IMG/VR virus record: IMGVR_UViG_3300027751_000015
Location: 1,813 to 65,812 of that record
DNA length: 64,000 nt
From: a virus
Reading direction: 5' to 3' (one strand)
In this document: in pieces, positions 35,146 through 45,054 of the stretch
How positions within the stretch are numbered: the first letter of the stretch is position 1
How the letters are laid out: each line of letters starts with the position of its first letter
Position numbers and translations under genes: made by a program
Notes under the pieces: model-generated
Seen by the model: only the letters and a program-made list of their open reading frames with translations
Told to the model about the DNA's origin: nothing
The model's database searches: none

Positions 35146-37374
35146 ATGCTAAAAGTAGTTACTAATTCCCAAGATATTAATACCAGACATCTAATGTCAC
35201 AAACAAAATTTTACGAAGGCTATAGTAGATGGAGTGATGATGAATCCAGATACGAAACTTGGGAAGAATCAGTATCGCGTGTTATGGACATGCATAGAGA
35301 CACTTACAGCGATAAGATGTCAGAGGATTTAGAACTACTAATTAATGAAGCAGAAGCGTCTTATAAACTTAAGTACGCGTTAGGAGCTCAACGTGCTTTA
35401 CAGTTCGGTGGAGAGCAGCTTAAAAAGCACCAGATGAGAATGTACAACTGTACTTCTTCTTATGCAGATAGAGCAGCTTTTTTCGGTGAGTTGTTTTATA
35501 TCTTGTTATGCGGCGCAGGTGCTGGTTTCTCAGTGCAAACTCACCACATTGATAAGCTGCCAAACGTTGCTGAAAGAAAGAAGCAAGCAAAAGGTTATGT
35601 GGTAGAAGATTCTATTGAAGGTTGGGCAGATTCATTAGCTGTTCTTATGTCTTCGTTCTTTGCAGACAAAAGCACTCATCCTGAGTTTGCAGGTCGTAAA
35701 GTTTATTTTGATCTAAGTCATGTTCGCCCTAAAGGAGCTAAAATTAACGGTGGTTTTAAAGCGCCTGGTCCAGAGCCACTACGGCGTGCACTCGATAAAA
35801 TCGAACACATGTTACAAGGTATAGTTCTTACAGGCCGTGACCGCTTAAAACCTATTGAAGTATATGACATTTGTATGCATGCTGCGGACGCTGTGTTAGC
35901 CGGTGGTGTACGTAGGTCTGCAACTATATGTTTGTTCTCATCTGATGATCAGGAGATGATTAATGCTAAAACAGGGAATTGGTTTATCGATAACCCTCAA
36001 AGGGGCAGAAGCAATAATTCAGCTGTTATCGTCAGATCCGAAATTACTCGTGAAGATTTTAAGAAAATCATGGGATCAATCAAAGAGTTCGGAGAGCCTG
36101 GATTCTACTTTGTCGAAAACAGAGACTTTACGACTAATCCGTGTGTTGAGATTGGTATGTATCCGCAAATTGATGGAGAGTCAGGTTGGCAGGGATGTAA
36201 CCTCACAGAAATCAATGGAGGAAAATGCACATCGAAAGAGGAGTTCTTTAAAGCCTGCCGAGCAGGAGCAATTATGGGAACACTCCAAGCAGGATATACA
36301 AACTTTAAATATCTCGGAGAAACCAGCCAGCGTATCTTTGAAAGAGAAGCTTTACTTGGCGTCTCAGTCACAGGATGGATGAATAACCCTGAAGTTTTGC
36401 TTGATAGTGATATTCAGAAACAAGGCGCAGAGATAGTAAAAGCAGTTAATAAAGAAGTTGCTGATTTAATTGGTATTAATCCAGCAGCTAGAACAACCTG
36501 TGTTAAGCCCTCAGGTAATGCTTCAGTGCTGCTGCAGACTGCCTCAGGCATCCACGCTGAGCATGCACCAATGTATCTGCGCCACATTCAGTTAAATAAG
36601 GAATCCGAAGTTGCGCAGCTTATTGCTAAAACAAATCCATACATGGTTGAAGAGTCTGTATGGTCAGCTAGTAACACTGATTATTGTGTAGGTTTTCCTG
36701 TAATATCACCAGAAGGGTCTCTTTATAAAGAAGACTTGTACGGAACAGAGCTTCTCGAAAAAGTAAAAATGGTTCAGCAGAACTGGGTAGAAGCTGGAAC
36801 AAATGAAGATCTATGTGCCGACTCTCGTATTAGGCATAACGTATCAAATACTGTAACCGTACTTCCGCACATGTGGCCGCAAGTAGAAGATTATGTTTTT
36901 GATAATAGAGACGCATTTGCTGGTATTAGCTTCTTGGCAGGGTCTGGCGATAAAGATTTTGCTCAAGCTCCTATGACAGAAGTATTATCGCAGGATCAGA
37001 TCGTAGAAAAATACGGTAAGGCTGCGCTGTTTGCTTCTGGATTAATTGTAGATACTCGTAAGTGTGGATTTAGAGATTTGTGGGAAGCTACCTCAACTGC
37101 TCAAATGCCAGAAGAGTACCTCGGTGAAGTATCAGATATTAGAGCGGAATGGATTCGGCGCTTTAATAAATTCGCTGATAACTATTTTATGGGAGATCCT
37201 AAAGAAACTGAGTACTGCTTGAAAGATGTATTCCTTCTACACAAATGGACAAAAATTCAGCAGAACTTTGAAGGTGTTGATTTTGTAGCTCAGCTCAATG
37301 AGAAGAGATTTACGGATATCGACACAATGGGTGCTATTGCCTGTCAAGGTGGCGCATGTGAAATTTCTTTCTAG
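35146..37374 (+). CDS. nrdJ: Ribonucleotide reductase, class II (B12-dependent monomeric RTPR-like)
   Basis: YNC, GAGAGFS, GGVRRSA, TNPCVEI, GCNLTEIN, TTCVKPSG and C-terminal ACQGGACEI; no nrdB in window. Confidence 0.85.
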   Translation: MLKVVTNSQDINTRHLMSQTKFYEGYSRWSDDESRYETWEESVSRVMDMHRDTYSDKMSEDLELLINEAEASYKLKYALGAQRALQFGGEQLKKHQMRMYNCTSSYADRAAFFGELFYILLCGAGAGFSVQTHHIDKLPNVAERKKQAKGYVVEDSIEGWADSLAVLMSSFFADKSTHPEFAGRKVYFDLSHVRPKGAKINGGFKAPGPEPLRRALDKIEHMLQGIVLTGRDRLKPIEVYDICMHAADAVLAGGVRRSATICLFSSDDQEMINAKTGNWFIDNPQRGRSNNSAVIVRSEITREDFKKIMGSIKEFGEPGFYFVENRDFTTNPCVEIGMYPQIDGESGWQGCNLTEINGGKCTSKEEFFKACRAGAIMGTLQAGYTNFKYLGETSQRIFEREALLGVSVTGWMNNPEVLLDSDIQKQGAEIVKAVNKEVADLIGINPAARTTCVKPSGNASVLLQTASGIHAEHAPMYLRHIQLNKESEVAQLIAKTNPYMVEESVWSASNTDYCVGFPVISPEGSLYKEDLYGTELLEKVKMVQQNWVEAGTNEDLCADSRIRHNVSNTVTVLPHMWPQVEDYVFDNRDAFAGISFLAGSGDKDFAQAPMTEVLSQDQIVEKYGKAALFASGLIVDTRKCGFRDLWEATSTAQMPEEYLGEVSDIRAEWIRRFNKFADNYFMGDPKETEYCLKDVFLLHKWTKIQQNFEGVDFVAQLNEKRFTDIDTMGAIACQGGACEISF

Positions 37375-37404
37375 TATAGATACTATCGACTATAAGGAGA
37401 AAAA

Positions 37405-37542
37405 ATGGAAGAAGAGTATTGGACAGAATGTATAGCCTGCGACACTGAGTCCCAGGTCTTAGTAATCGATAGCGAGGAAACACCTCAGTATTGTCCTCTT
37501 TGCGGTTCTCCAATGGATTTTGAAACAGTTGAAGATGATTAA
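37405..37542 (+). CDS. Zinc-ribbon protein (45 aa) missed by the ORF track
   Basis: AAGGAG SD; MEEEYWTECIACDTESQVLVIDSEETPQYCPLCGSPMDFETVEDD (two CxxC). Confidence 0.8.
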   Translation: MEEEYWTECIACDTESQVLVIDSEETPQYCPLCGSPMDFETVEDD

Positions 37543-37556
37543 GCGGAGACAACGCA

Positions 37557-37988
37557 ATCTGGTACTATAAAGAAAATGAATTTAACGAAACCCCTGAGGA
37601 ATATCAGGGGTTCGTTTACCAAATAACAGAAAAAGATACCGGTATGAAATATATTGGAAAAAAGTTTTTCTGGAAACCTAAAACTTTACCTAAAAACTCA
37701 AAGAGAAAACGCCGTGTTAGAACAAGAGTAGAATCTGACTGGCGTAAGTATTATGGATCGAGCAAAGAAGTAAAGCTTTTAGTAGAAGAAAAAGGACCTG
37801 ATAATTACCACAGAGAAATATTAAAACTGTGTAAAACCAAGGGCCAGTGTAATTACTATGAGATGAGATACCAATTTAGATATGACGTTCTTCTTAAGCC
37901 AGAAGAATATTATAACGCTTTTATTGGAGGAAAAATTCATAGAAAGCATATTTTAAGTGTACATTGTGCAGAAGACGTGTTAGAATAG
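37557..37988 (+). CDS. GIY-YIG endonuclease
   Basis: GFVYQIT...KYIGKK bipartite motif extends upstream of the track ATG (37644); WRKYYGSS and REIL..C..KG. The only plausible start is ATC 37557 behind a GGAG SD. Confidence 0.8.
   Translation: MWYYKENEFNETPEEYQGFVYQITEKDTGMKYIGKKFFWKPKTLPKNSKRKRRVRTRVESDWRKYYGSSKEVKLLVEEKGPDNYHREILKLCKTKGQCNYYEMRYQFRYDVLLKPEEYYNAFIGGKIHRKHILSVHCAEDVLE
37958..37986 (+). promoter_or_regulatory. Promoter TGTACA-N17-TAGAAT for rnh
   Basis: 17-nt spacer, embedded in the upstream gene end. Confidence 0.7.
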
Positions 37989-38010
37989 TTTTATGTAACC
38001 GGAGATTATT

Positions 38011-38853
38011 ATGATTATTATTGATTATTCTGCAATTGCTATCAGCAACATTGTAACACAGAAATTAGACATTCAGGAGGATATGATTCGTCATATGATC
38101 CTTAATTCAATCCGCATGTATCGTGCAAAGTTTAAAGATAAATTTGGTGAAGTTATTATGACTGGTGATGCTGGTAATAACTGGAGATACAATGAGTTTC
38201 CTCAGTATAAAGCTGCACGTAAGAAAAATCGTAAAGAATCTAAAATGGATTGGCAAGAAGCCTTTCGGATTATCAATCTGGTTTGGGAAGAACTTGGTGA
38301 GCATTTCCCATATAAAACTATTAAGATTGATGGCTGTGAAGCTGATGATGTGATTGGAGTTCTTGTAGAACAGACACAAGAATTTGGCCAACACGAAGAG
38401 GTAATGATTATTTCTGCTGATAAAGATTTCGCTCAGCTTCAGAAATATGGAAACGTTTCTCAGTTTTCTCCAATGACAAAAAAGTTTATTAAAGAAGACC
38501 ATCCAAGAAAGCAGTTGCTTGAGCTTATACTAAAGGGCGATACGTCTGACGGCGTTCCAAATGTATTAAGCGATGACAACGTGTTCGTAAACGGTGTACG
38601 CCAGACCCCATTACGAAAACCTATTATTGAGGCACTTATGCAGGATCCAAATTCTCAAGGTGAAAATGTATTACGTAATATACAGCGTAATAGAATTCTT
38701 ATTGATCTTGAATCTACACCTCAAGTACTAAAAGAAAAAATTATATATAGTTATGACAACCAAAATAAAGCAAACAATAGAGGAAAGGTATTCCCCTATC
38801 TTGTTGACAAACGATGTCGTAGATTATTAGAAGACGTAAAGGACTTCATTTGA
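38011..38853 (+). CDS. rnh: T4 RNase H (5'-3' exonuclease, FEN family)
   Basis: IIIDYS, EADDVIG, ISADKDFAQL and GDTSDGVPN. Confidence 0.95.
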   Translation: MIIIDYSAIAISNIVTQKLDIQEDMIRHMILNSIRMYRAKFKDKFGEVIMTGDAGNNWRYNEFPQYKAARKKNRKESKMDWQEAFRIINLVWEELGEHFPYKTIKIDGCEADDVIGVLVEQTQEFGQHEEVMIISADKDFAQLQKYGNVSQFSPMTKKFIKEDHPRKQLLELILKGDTSDGVPNVLSDDNVFVNGVRQTPLRKPIIEALMQDPNSQGENVLRNIQRNRILIDLESTPQVLKEKIIYSYDNQNKANNRGKVFPYLVDKRCRRLLEDVKDFI

Positions 38854-38854
38854 T

Positions 38855-39292
38855 ATGGTAAATAAACCACGCGTACCTTATTGCTTTGAAATTTTAGAAA
38901 AAGTTTCGAAAGCAAAATCTAAAATAGATAAAATTGCTATATTGCAAGAACAGCGAAACAACTGGCCTCTTCAAGATATTTTAAGAGGAACTTTTGATGA
39001 TACTGTCCAATGGCTTCTGCCTTCTGGATCTGTACCATACGAACCAGCTGAAACTCTATCGCACGCATCTGATTGGACCTCAAATAATAAGAAGCTGGCT
39101 TACTTTGTAAAAGGTGGCCCAGGCGAAAAAGTCATGCGGGCAAAAAGAGAAAAAATGTTTTTAGATATTCTCGAGACTATCCACCCTCGAGATGCAGAAT
39201 TATTAGTCGGTATGATTAATAAGAAGATACCCTTAAAGGGTATAACTAAGAAATTAATACAGGAGGCATATCCGAAGTTAATTCTTAAATAA
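38855..39292 (+). CDS. Conserved T4-like hypothetical protein
   Basis: LP.G.VPY...KREKMF..ILE.IHP.DAELL pattern. Confidence 0.75.
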   Translation: MVNKPRVPYCFEILEKVSKAKSKIDKIAILQEQRNNWPLQDILRGTFDDTVQWLLPSGSVPYEPAETLSHASDWTSNNKKLAYFVKGGPGEKVMRAKREKMFLDILETIHPRDAELLVGMINKKIPLKGITKKLIQEAYPKLILK

Positions 39293-39315
39293 CTAAACAG
39301 GAGAATTTAGAATTT

Positions 39316-39468
39316 ATGAGTAAAATCCAACTTGATAGACTACAAAACGATTTACTAGAATTAAATAACTATATAGAAAGGGTTAAAATGAAGAACAATG
39401 AGGACCTATTATCTAAGTTAAAACGAAAACGTGAATTCTTAAAATCAAGATTGGAACCAGTTTCATAA
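39316..39468 (+). CDS. Small coiled-coil protein (50 aa) missed by the ORF track
   Basis: AGGAG upstream; MSKIQLDRLQNDLLELNNYIERVK...RLEPVS. Confidence 0.6.
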   Translation: MSKIQLDRLQNDLLELNNYIERVKMKNNEDLLSKLKRKREFLKSRLEPVS

Positions 39469-39504
39469 AAGAAAGGATGGGGGCGAAAGCCCCCAATATC
39501 TAAG

Positions 39505-39732
39505 ATGCCATCATATACAATGATCAATAAAGAAACGGGTGAGGAACATGATATGGTTCTATCGCTCGCAGAACGAGAAGAGTTTCTAGCTGATGATAAG
39601 TGGGAGCAAAAGTTATCTACAGCAAAATTTGTAGCAGATACTACTAGCACTCTACGCAGAGCTGGAAGCGAATGGAACAACATGCTGGGTCGTATTAAAT
39701 CAAACAATCCGAACAGCACAATTAATAATTAG
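39505..39732 (+). CDS. Conserved small protein (FmdB-like start MPxY, without Cys)
   Basis: MPSYT...TGEE...REEFL; upstream of phoH. Confidence 0.65.
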   Translation: MPSYTMINKETGEEHDMVLSLAEREEFLADDKWEQKLSTAKFVADTTSTLRRAGSEWNNMLGRIKSNNPNSTINN

Positions 39733-39735
39733 GTT

Positions 39736-40431
39736 ATGCATCGTAAAAAAACAACAAATAATTCTATGACGGTCAGACTGGATGATCTTCTTCAGTTTGA
39801 CCCTCTCACGCTAAATCAAGAAAAAACTTACAAATCATGGGACGACGGAGATAATTTAGTTCTTACTGGTTCTGCAGGAACTGGTAAAACTTTCATGGCT
39901 CTTTATCTGGCATTAGAAGATGTCCTAGATAAAGAAACAGAGCATGACAAACTTGTAGTAATACGTTCTATGGTTCCTACCAGAGATATGGGGTTTTTGC
40001 CTGGAACTAAACAAGAAAAAGAAGATGCTTTTACGTTGCCCTATAAAAATATATGTCACGAGTTATTTGGTGACAAATCTTCGTATAATAAAATGATTAG
40101 CGCTAATCAAATGCAGTTTGATTCTACATCGTTTATAAGAGGAACTACATACGACAATACTGTTATTGTGGTTGATGAAATGCAAAACTTAAATTTTCAT
40201 GAACTAGACTCTGTGATTACTCGAGTAGGTAGACACAGCAAGATTATTTTCTGCGGAGACTATAAACAGAGCGATTTTAAATATGATGATGAAAAAGCAG
40301 GAATTGTCAAGTTCTTACAAATTGTAGAACAACTCAAGAATTTCACTATAGTTAATTTTGGGTGGGAAGATATCGTAAGATCTGATTTTGTAAGAGACTA
40401 CATAATGACAAAAGAAATGCTAGGTTATTGA
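39736..40431 (+). CDS. phoH: PhoH-like ATPase
   Basis: GSAGTGKT, MGFLPG, FIRGTT, VDEMQN, TRVG, CGDYKQSD and IVRS. Confidence 0.95.
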   Translation: MHRKKTTNNSMTVRLDDLLQFDPLTLNQEKTYKSWDDGDNLVLTGSAGTGKTFMALYLALEDVLDKETEHDKLVVIRSMVPTRDMGFLPGTKQEKEDAFTLPYKNICHELFGDKSSYNKMISANQMQFDSTSFIRGTTYDNTVIVVDEMQNLNFHELDSVITRVGRHSKIIFCGDYKQSDFKYDDEKAGIVKFLQIVEQLKNFTIVNFGWEDIVRSDFVRDYIMTKEMLGY

Positions 40432-40451
40432 TTTTAAACAAAACTTAAACG

Positions 40452-40480
40452 TGTACATTCCATTAGTTATAGTGTAGAAT
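40452..40480 (+). promoter_or_regulatory. Promoter TGTACA-N17-TAGAAT
   Basis: 17-nt spacer; extended -10. Confidence 0.75.
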
Positions 40481-40504
40481 AGCATTGTAATTAAGGAGAA
40501 ATAT

Positions 40505-41089
40505 ATGATTGATAATTTGAATAAAGTAATCCTCACAGATTGTGATGGAGTCCTAATGAATTGGGAATATGCATTTAATACGTGGATGCAAGCTCATGGT
40601 TATGAAATGACTGCAAGCGGTCCAGGCCATTATGATATGGGTGATCGTTACGGACTAACTAACACTGAAAAGAAAGGACTAGTTAAGTTTTTTAATGAAT
40701 CAGCTGCTATCGGTTTTCTTCCTCCGCTGCGTGATGCTATGTACTATGTCGACTTATTGCATCGTAAGCATGGATATGTCTTTCATATGATTACTTCTCT
40801 ATCGCTTGATCATAATGCTCAGGCTCTTCGTATTCAAAATACCAAGAAGTTATTTGGAGAAACAGTATTCGAGAAGTTTATATTCTGTGATACCGGTGCT
40901 GATAAAGACGAGGTTCTAGAACCTTACAGGGACTCTGGCCTTTTGTGGATAGAAGATAAATTAGAGAACGCTGAGCTAGGTGATAGCCTTGGTTTAGAAA
41001 GCATTTTGGTCGAGCATGGCCATAACATGAATAACGAGAAGTTTCCGTTAATGAAAAACTGGAAAGATATATACCATTATATAACTTAA
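40505..41089 (+). CDS. HAD-superfamily 5'-nucleotidase-like protein
   Basis: LTDCDGVL motif I, ITS, K and WIEDK. Confidence 0.8.
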   Translation: MIDNLNKVILTDCDGVLMNWEYAFNTWMQAHGYEMTASGPGHYDMGDRYGLTNTEKKGLVKFFNESAAIGFLPPLRDAMYYVDLLHRKHGYVFHMITSLSLDHNAQALRIQNTKKLFGETVFEKFIFCDTGADKDEVLEPYRDSGLLWIEDKLENAELGDSLGLESILVEHGHNMNNEKFPLMKNWKDIYHYIT

Positions 41090-41100
41090 GGAAAGGCAAG

Positions 41101-41286
41101 ATGGCAAAATATTCTAGATATGATCCTCGCAATAAAAAAAATGGTAGACACAAATCAATGTCTCTACAGAAAGATCCTCGAATAAAAGAATTTAGCGAAG
41201 GACCAAGCCGACACATGATTAATGAAGTAATGTTCGATAATGAAAGCGATAATGACGAGTATGAAAACCAAGATCTCAAAGGCTGA
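41101..41286 (+). CDS. Small hypothetical protein
   Basis: MAKYSRYDPRNKK; AAAGG SD. Confidence 0.6.
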   Translation: MAKYSRYDPRNKKNGRHKSMSLQKDPRIKEFSEGPSRHMINEVMFDNESDNDEYENQDLKG

Positions 41287-41533
41287 TATTTTTACTATTT
41301 TAAATCTTAGAACCCAGTGGGAAGCTATTGTTTATCAAAAAAACTATAGTATGCCAAGTTGCGATAGCGATGTACGTAGTTTAGAGAATTTCGTGAAAGA
41401 CGGCCATAAAAGTAATAGATTCAAAGAAGGCTTTAGTGAGGCTATGAGTCTAGCCAAAAAAATTTTAGAGAGTTATGAAAATGAAAAAACTAATTTATCA
41501 AGTCTACATCGGAAAGCGCTCGAAACTCTATGA
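41240..41533 (+). CDS. Hypothetical protein
   Basis: Operon position; start uncertain (ATG 41261 likely). Confidence 0.5.
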   Translation: MKAIMTSMKTKISKADIFTILNLRTQWEAIVYQKNYSMPSCDSDVRSLENFVKDGHKSNRFKEGFSEAMSLAKKILESYENEKTNLSSLHRKALETL

Positions 41534-42260
41534 TCATTGTGTTCAGTCAGTAGCAGAATACTGTAAGGCGCATGGTATTGCACATGAAGTGCAAAGAAAC
41601 CCCATACTTATGATTAAGCCTGACGTGTTTTCTACGAATCGTAGTCGTGAGTCATATGAAAAATATGGTGGGTACCTACCGATTTATGAAAAAGAAAATG
41701 CATTTTCATATCTTAAGACTTATGACCAGGTGGCAATAGTAGATGCTGACGTGTGGATTCGTCCTGGTGCACCAAATATCTTTGATGACTTAGAACCACA
41801 GTACGATTTTGGTGGCGTGGTTGAACGTGAGATGCCTATTACAAAACAGTACCAAGGTAAAATCACAAACTACTCACGCATGCAGTATCAAACAATTAAG
41901 AAAGTAGATTGGAAGTGGAACAATCTTGGTGCCGAGTTCATGAACATGGGCATTATGGTTATGAATCAAAAAATCCAAGAATACCTAAGGGGTCAAACGC
42001 CGGCTCAGTTTCTTCGTCGTTCTGAGTTTAAACCTTTCGTTGATGGTATGGGCGCTTGGAAATGGTCTACTGACCAGACACTTTTAAATACGTGGATCCG
42101 TGAAGAAAACATGAAGATTAAAAATATGGATTGGAAGTGGAACGGTTTGTTTACTGCAAATACACGTATTAAAGAATGTCACTTTGTTCACTTCTTTCTT
42201 AAGGATAAACTCCCAAATAGGGGTGAAGATGTGAATGAACTTATGAAAGCAATAGAATGA
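41475..42260 (+). CDS. Glycosyltransferase (GT-A, GT8-like)
   Basis: IVDAD DxD, NMGIMV, DQTLLN, WKWN and HFVHF. Confidence 0.8.
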   Translation: MKMKKLIYQVYIGKRSKLYDHCVQSVAEYCKAHGIAHEVQRNPILMIKPDVFSTNRSRESYEKYGGYLPIYEKENAFSYLKTYDQVAIVDADVWIRPGAPNIFDDLEPQYDFGGVVEREMPITKQYQGKITNYSRMQYQTIKKVDWKWNNLGAEFMNMGIMVMNQKIQEYLRGQTPAQFLRRSEFKPFVDGMGAWKWSTDQTLLNTWIREENMKIKNMDWKWNGLFTANTRIKECHFVHFFLKDKLPNRGEDVNELMKAIE

Positions 42261-43012
42261 ATGTCATTTTCCAATATTGGTTAGATAAAAATGACATGCA
42301 TGTTGGTAAAAACCATGATTTTTATAATTATGTTGATAAAGTTGTTGATATAAGTAAAAACTATTTTAAAGAGTATGCTGATGTACATAATGCAGAATAT
42401 TTTTTTTCTAATGAAAGAACAGTAAAAACCAAATCTAATTACTTTGAAGCTTGTAGAATTTACTTAGACCCATATTTTGATAAATTTGACAAATTGTTAT
42501 TTGTTGATATCGATGTTATACCTAAAAATATGAAAGAAAATATTTTTAATTTAGATGTTAAAGATGTGGCAGGTTGGCCTGAACACAATCACCCTGCCAG
42601 AAAAGATCCAAACGGATGGAGACTTTCCGTTCCATTAGAAAACCGTTTTAAAAAGTTTGGTGCTCCTATTATAAAACCTAAAACTGTAGAAAATAGTATT
42701 AGAATTATTAATACAGGCGTTATGATATGGTCTAGAGATGCCAGAATAAAAGCTAGAAAATTATTTGATAGTCATGAAGACTATTTTAATTATAATAATC
42801 CATTTTTAGATAAAACTCTTAAAAATGTAGGACATTCTTCACATTGCTATGACCAACCATTCTTAAATGTAATGTTTAATAAGTATAATTTTGATGTTAA
42901 AGAACTAGGAATAGAATGGAATAGAACACCAACAAGGGATGAAGATTATCCTTGTAATTTTGCTCATTATACGGGCAATAATAAGAAAAAAATTATAGAA
43001 TTATACGGGTAA
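42257..43012 (+). CDS. Glycosyltransferase (GT-A, GT8-like)
   Basis: FVDID, INTGVMI, DQPFLN, EWN and FAHY. Confidence 0.8.
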   Translation: MNVIFQYWLDKNDMHVGKNHDFYNYVDKVVDISKNYFKEYADVHNAEYFFSNERTVKTKSNYFEACRIYLDPYFDKFDKLLFVDIDVIPKNMKENIFNLDVKDVAGWPEHNHPARKDPNGWRLSVPLENRFKKFGAPIIKPKTVENSIRIINTGVMIWSRDARIKARKLFDSHEDYFNYNNPFLDKTLKNVGHSSHCYDQPFLNVMFNKYNFDVKELGIEWNRTPTRDEDYPCNFAHYTGNNKKKIIELYG

Positions 43013-43018
43013 TTAATT

Positions 43019-43804
43019 ATGAATCATGCAATAGTTTGTGTATCAATTGGTAAAAGACCTTGGACAAAATATACCTTTAGTGCAATGGAAAGATATGCTA
43101 AAAATATTAATAGCGATTTTATTGTAGAAAGTGAATGTAATTATGAATCTATAAATAATTTTGAAAATAAATTTATAAATGTGGGAAGACCAAATAAAAA
43201 AGGTTATATTGCTAAAGCTTTAGTTGTAGAAAAATACTTAAAAAAATATGATAGAATAGCTGTTATAGATGATTCATATATAATTAAGTCTAAAGCAGAT
43301 AATCTATTTCAATTAATACCAGAAGGTTACTTAGGATTTAATCCAGAATTACATATGAATCTAAAAAAAGGAATGCCAACGCCATCCAGTAATGTTTCAT
43401 TTGAATCTATAAAAAAATATATAAAAGAAAATAATCTAATGGAGGTATATTATGATTGGACCAAATACGCGAATAGCAGTTTAGTTTTATATGATAGATC
43501 ACATATAGAATATTTTTCACAAGATCATATTTTTAATAATTTAAATCTTTTTAATTGTAGACAGCCACACCAAAGTTTTTTATATTATACGTGTGCAAAA
43601 TTTAATATAAAACAAAAAGAAATACCTCAAAGCTTTCACGTTATACCCGGAATATGGGAAAAATTGCAAAGAGAAAGAAGTGGTTTTACCTCAGGCAAAT
43701 CTTATATAAATTTAGATGGAGTGAATGGTGTTCATTATACAGGAACTTATAGACATAGAGAATCATTACTTAAGGAGGCTCATGATTTATGGATAAACAA
43801 TTAA
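43019..43804 (+). CDS. Glycosyltransferase-like protein
   Basis: VIDDS, ANSSLVL, HQSFL and VHYTG (degenerate GT8 pattern). Confidence 0.65.
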   Translation: MNHAIVCVSIGKRPWTKYTFSAMERYAKNINSDFIVESECNYESINNFENKFINVGRPNKKGYIAKALVVEKYLKKYDRIAVIDDSYIIKSKADNLFQLIPEGYLGFNPELHMNLKKGMPTPSSNVSFESIKKYIKENNLMEVYYDWTKYANSSLVLYDRSHIEYFSQDHIFNNLNLFNCRQPHQSFLYYTCAKFNIKQKEIPQSFHVIPGIWEKLQRERSGFTSGKSYINLDGVNGVHYTGTYRHRESLLKEAHDLWINN

Positions 43805-44331
43805 TCTTAGATGCTATATCAAATAATAAGCAAATGGAAAGACACGAATACGAATTTATAGCTTCTCATTTAGGAAGTAAAAGTTTTCTTGTTTTTGGAA
43901 CAGGCAAAGATACAGACTATTGGAGAATTTGTAATAATAGTGGAATAACTTACTTTCTTGAAGATGACGATAGATGGATGCAAAATGAAAAAGATGTAAT
44001 TAAAGTAAATTATAAAACTAAAAGATTTGAATATCAACAGCTGTTGGATGAGTTTAAAGAGCATAACTATAAAAATTTAGAAATGATTCTTCCTAATAAA
44101 ATAACTAAAACTGCATGGGATGTTATATTAGTAGATGCTCCACAAGGTTCTAAGGATAGCGCGCCAGGAAGAATGCAAAGTATATTCACTGCTTGGAAAT
44201 TAGCAGATAAATCTACTACTGTCTTTATACACGATTGTAATAGAGAAGTTGAAAAATTGTACACTAATGAATTATTTTCAGAATCTAAGTTCGTGAAAAA
44301 TTCTAAAACATTGAAAGTTGCTAAAAAATGA
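43789..44331 (+). CDS. Polysaccharide O-methyltransferase-like (DUF579/GXM-like)
   Basis: FLVFGTG.D...W...N...T.FLEDD..W, WDVILVDAPQG and APGRMQSIFTA. Confidence 0.75.
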   Translation: MDKQLILDAISNNKQMERHEYEFIASHLGSKSFLVFGTGKDTDYWRICNNSGITYFLEDDDRWMQNEKDVIKVNYKTKRFEYQQLLDEFKEHNYKNLEMILPNKITKTAWDVILVDAPQGSKDSAPGRMQSIFTAWKLADKSTTVFIHDCNREVEKLYTNELFSESKFVKNSKTLKVAKK

Positions 44332-44361
44332 TATTTTCAGAAATATTTTTAGAGTAAAAAA

Positions 44362-45054
44362 ATGAAAACATATGCTATAGTAATTAAAGACCACGATATT
44401 TCTGAATATGGGTTTAATGGATTGCTCGCAAGCTCTTTTAAAGTCGACAACAACTTTGAAATTAATAGGTTTGATGCTATTATTCCAAGCCAAGTTGATG
44501 CTCTTTTATTAAAACAAAAGTTACGGTGGAACTATCCTTGGAAAGGTGAAGTAACTGATTTCGCAACAGGTCTAACTAAAAGAGCATATGTAACGGCCAG
44601 ACCTAAAGCCAGGATAGCTACAGCGCTAAGTCACTACTCCTTATGGTTAGAAGCAGCCACGCTTAATGAAACAATACTAGTATTAGAGCATGACTCTTGT
44701 TTTATAAACAAATTAGATATTGATCCAAATGCATGTAAAGGTCAGATCATAGGAATTAATAATCCTCTTGGATGTACAAGAAAATCCAGAGTATATCATC
44801 ATAAAATTACTAGTAACCAAAATATATTTCAGCTTGCTCCTAAAGTAGATAACGAGAATGTACCTCAGGGATTAGCTGGAAATAGTGCATATATAATTAA
44901 ACCAAGTGGAGCTATAAAGATGCTTAAGCTTGTAGAAGAATTTGGACTGTGGCCCAATGATGCTATAATGTGTAAACAGCTATTTCCTAATTTATACGTT
45001 ACGCAGAAATTCTATACTACTATTCAAAATTTAAAGAGTACTACTACACAATGA
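44362..45054 (+). CDS. Glycosyltransferase family 25-like
   Basis: RFDAI, ALSHYSLW, LVLEHD and SAYIIKP..A. Confidence 0.8.
   Translation: MKTYAIVIKDHDISEYGFNGLLASSFKVDNNFEINRFDAIIPSQVDALLLKQKLRWNYPWKGEVTDFATGLTKRAYVTARPKARIATALSHYSLWLEAATLNETILVLEHDSCFINKLDIDPNACKGQIIGINNPLGCTRKSRVYHHKITSNQNIFQLAPKVDNENVPQGLAGNSAYIIKPSGAIKMLKLVEEFGLWPNDAIMCKQLFPNLYVTQKFYTTIQNLKSTTTQ

Noticed and set aside
39478-39495. TGGGGGC-GAAA-GCCCCCA hairpin as a terminator
   Set aside because: The stem is strong but has no U-tract on the + strand; it may be a processing or translational element, and its function cannot be supported.
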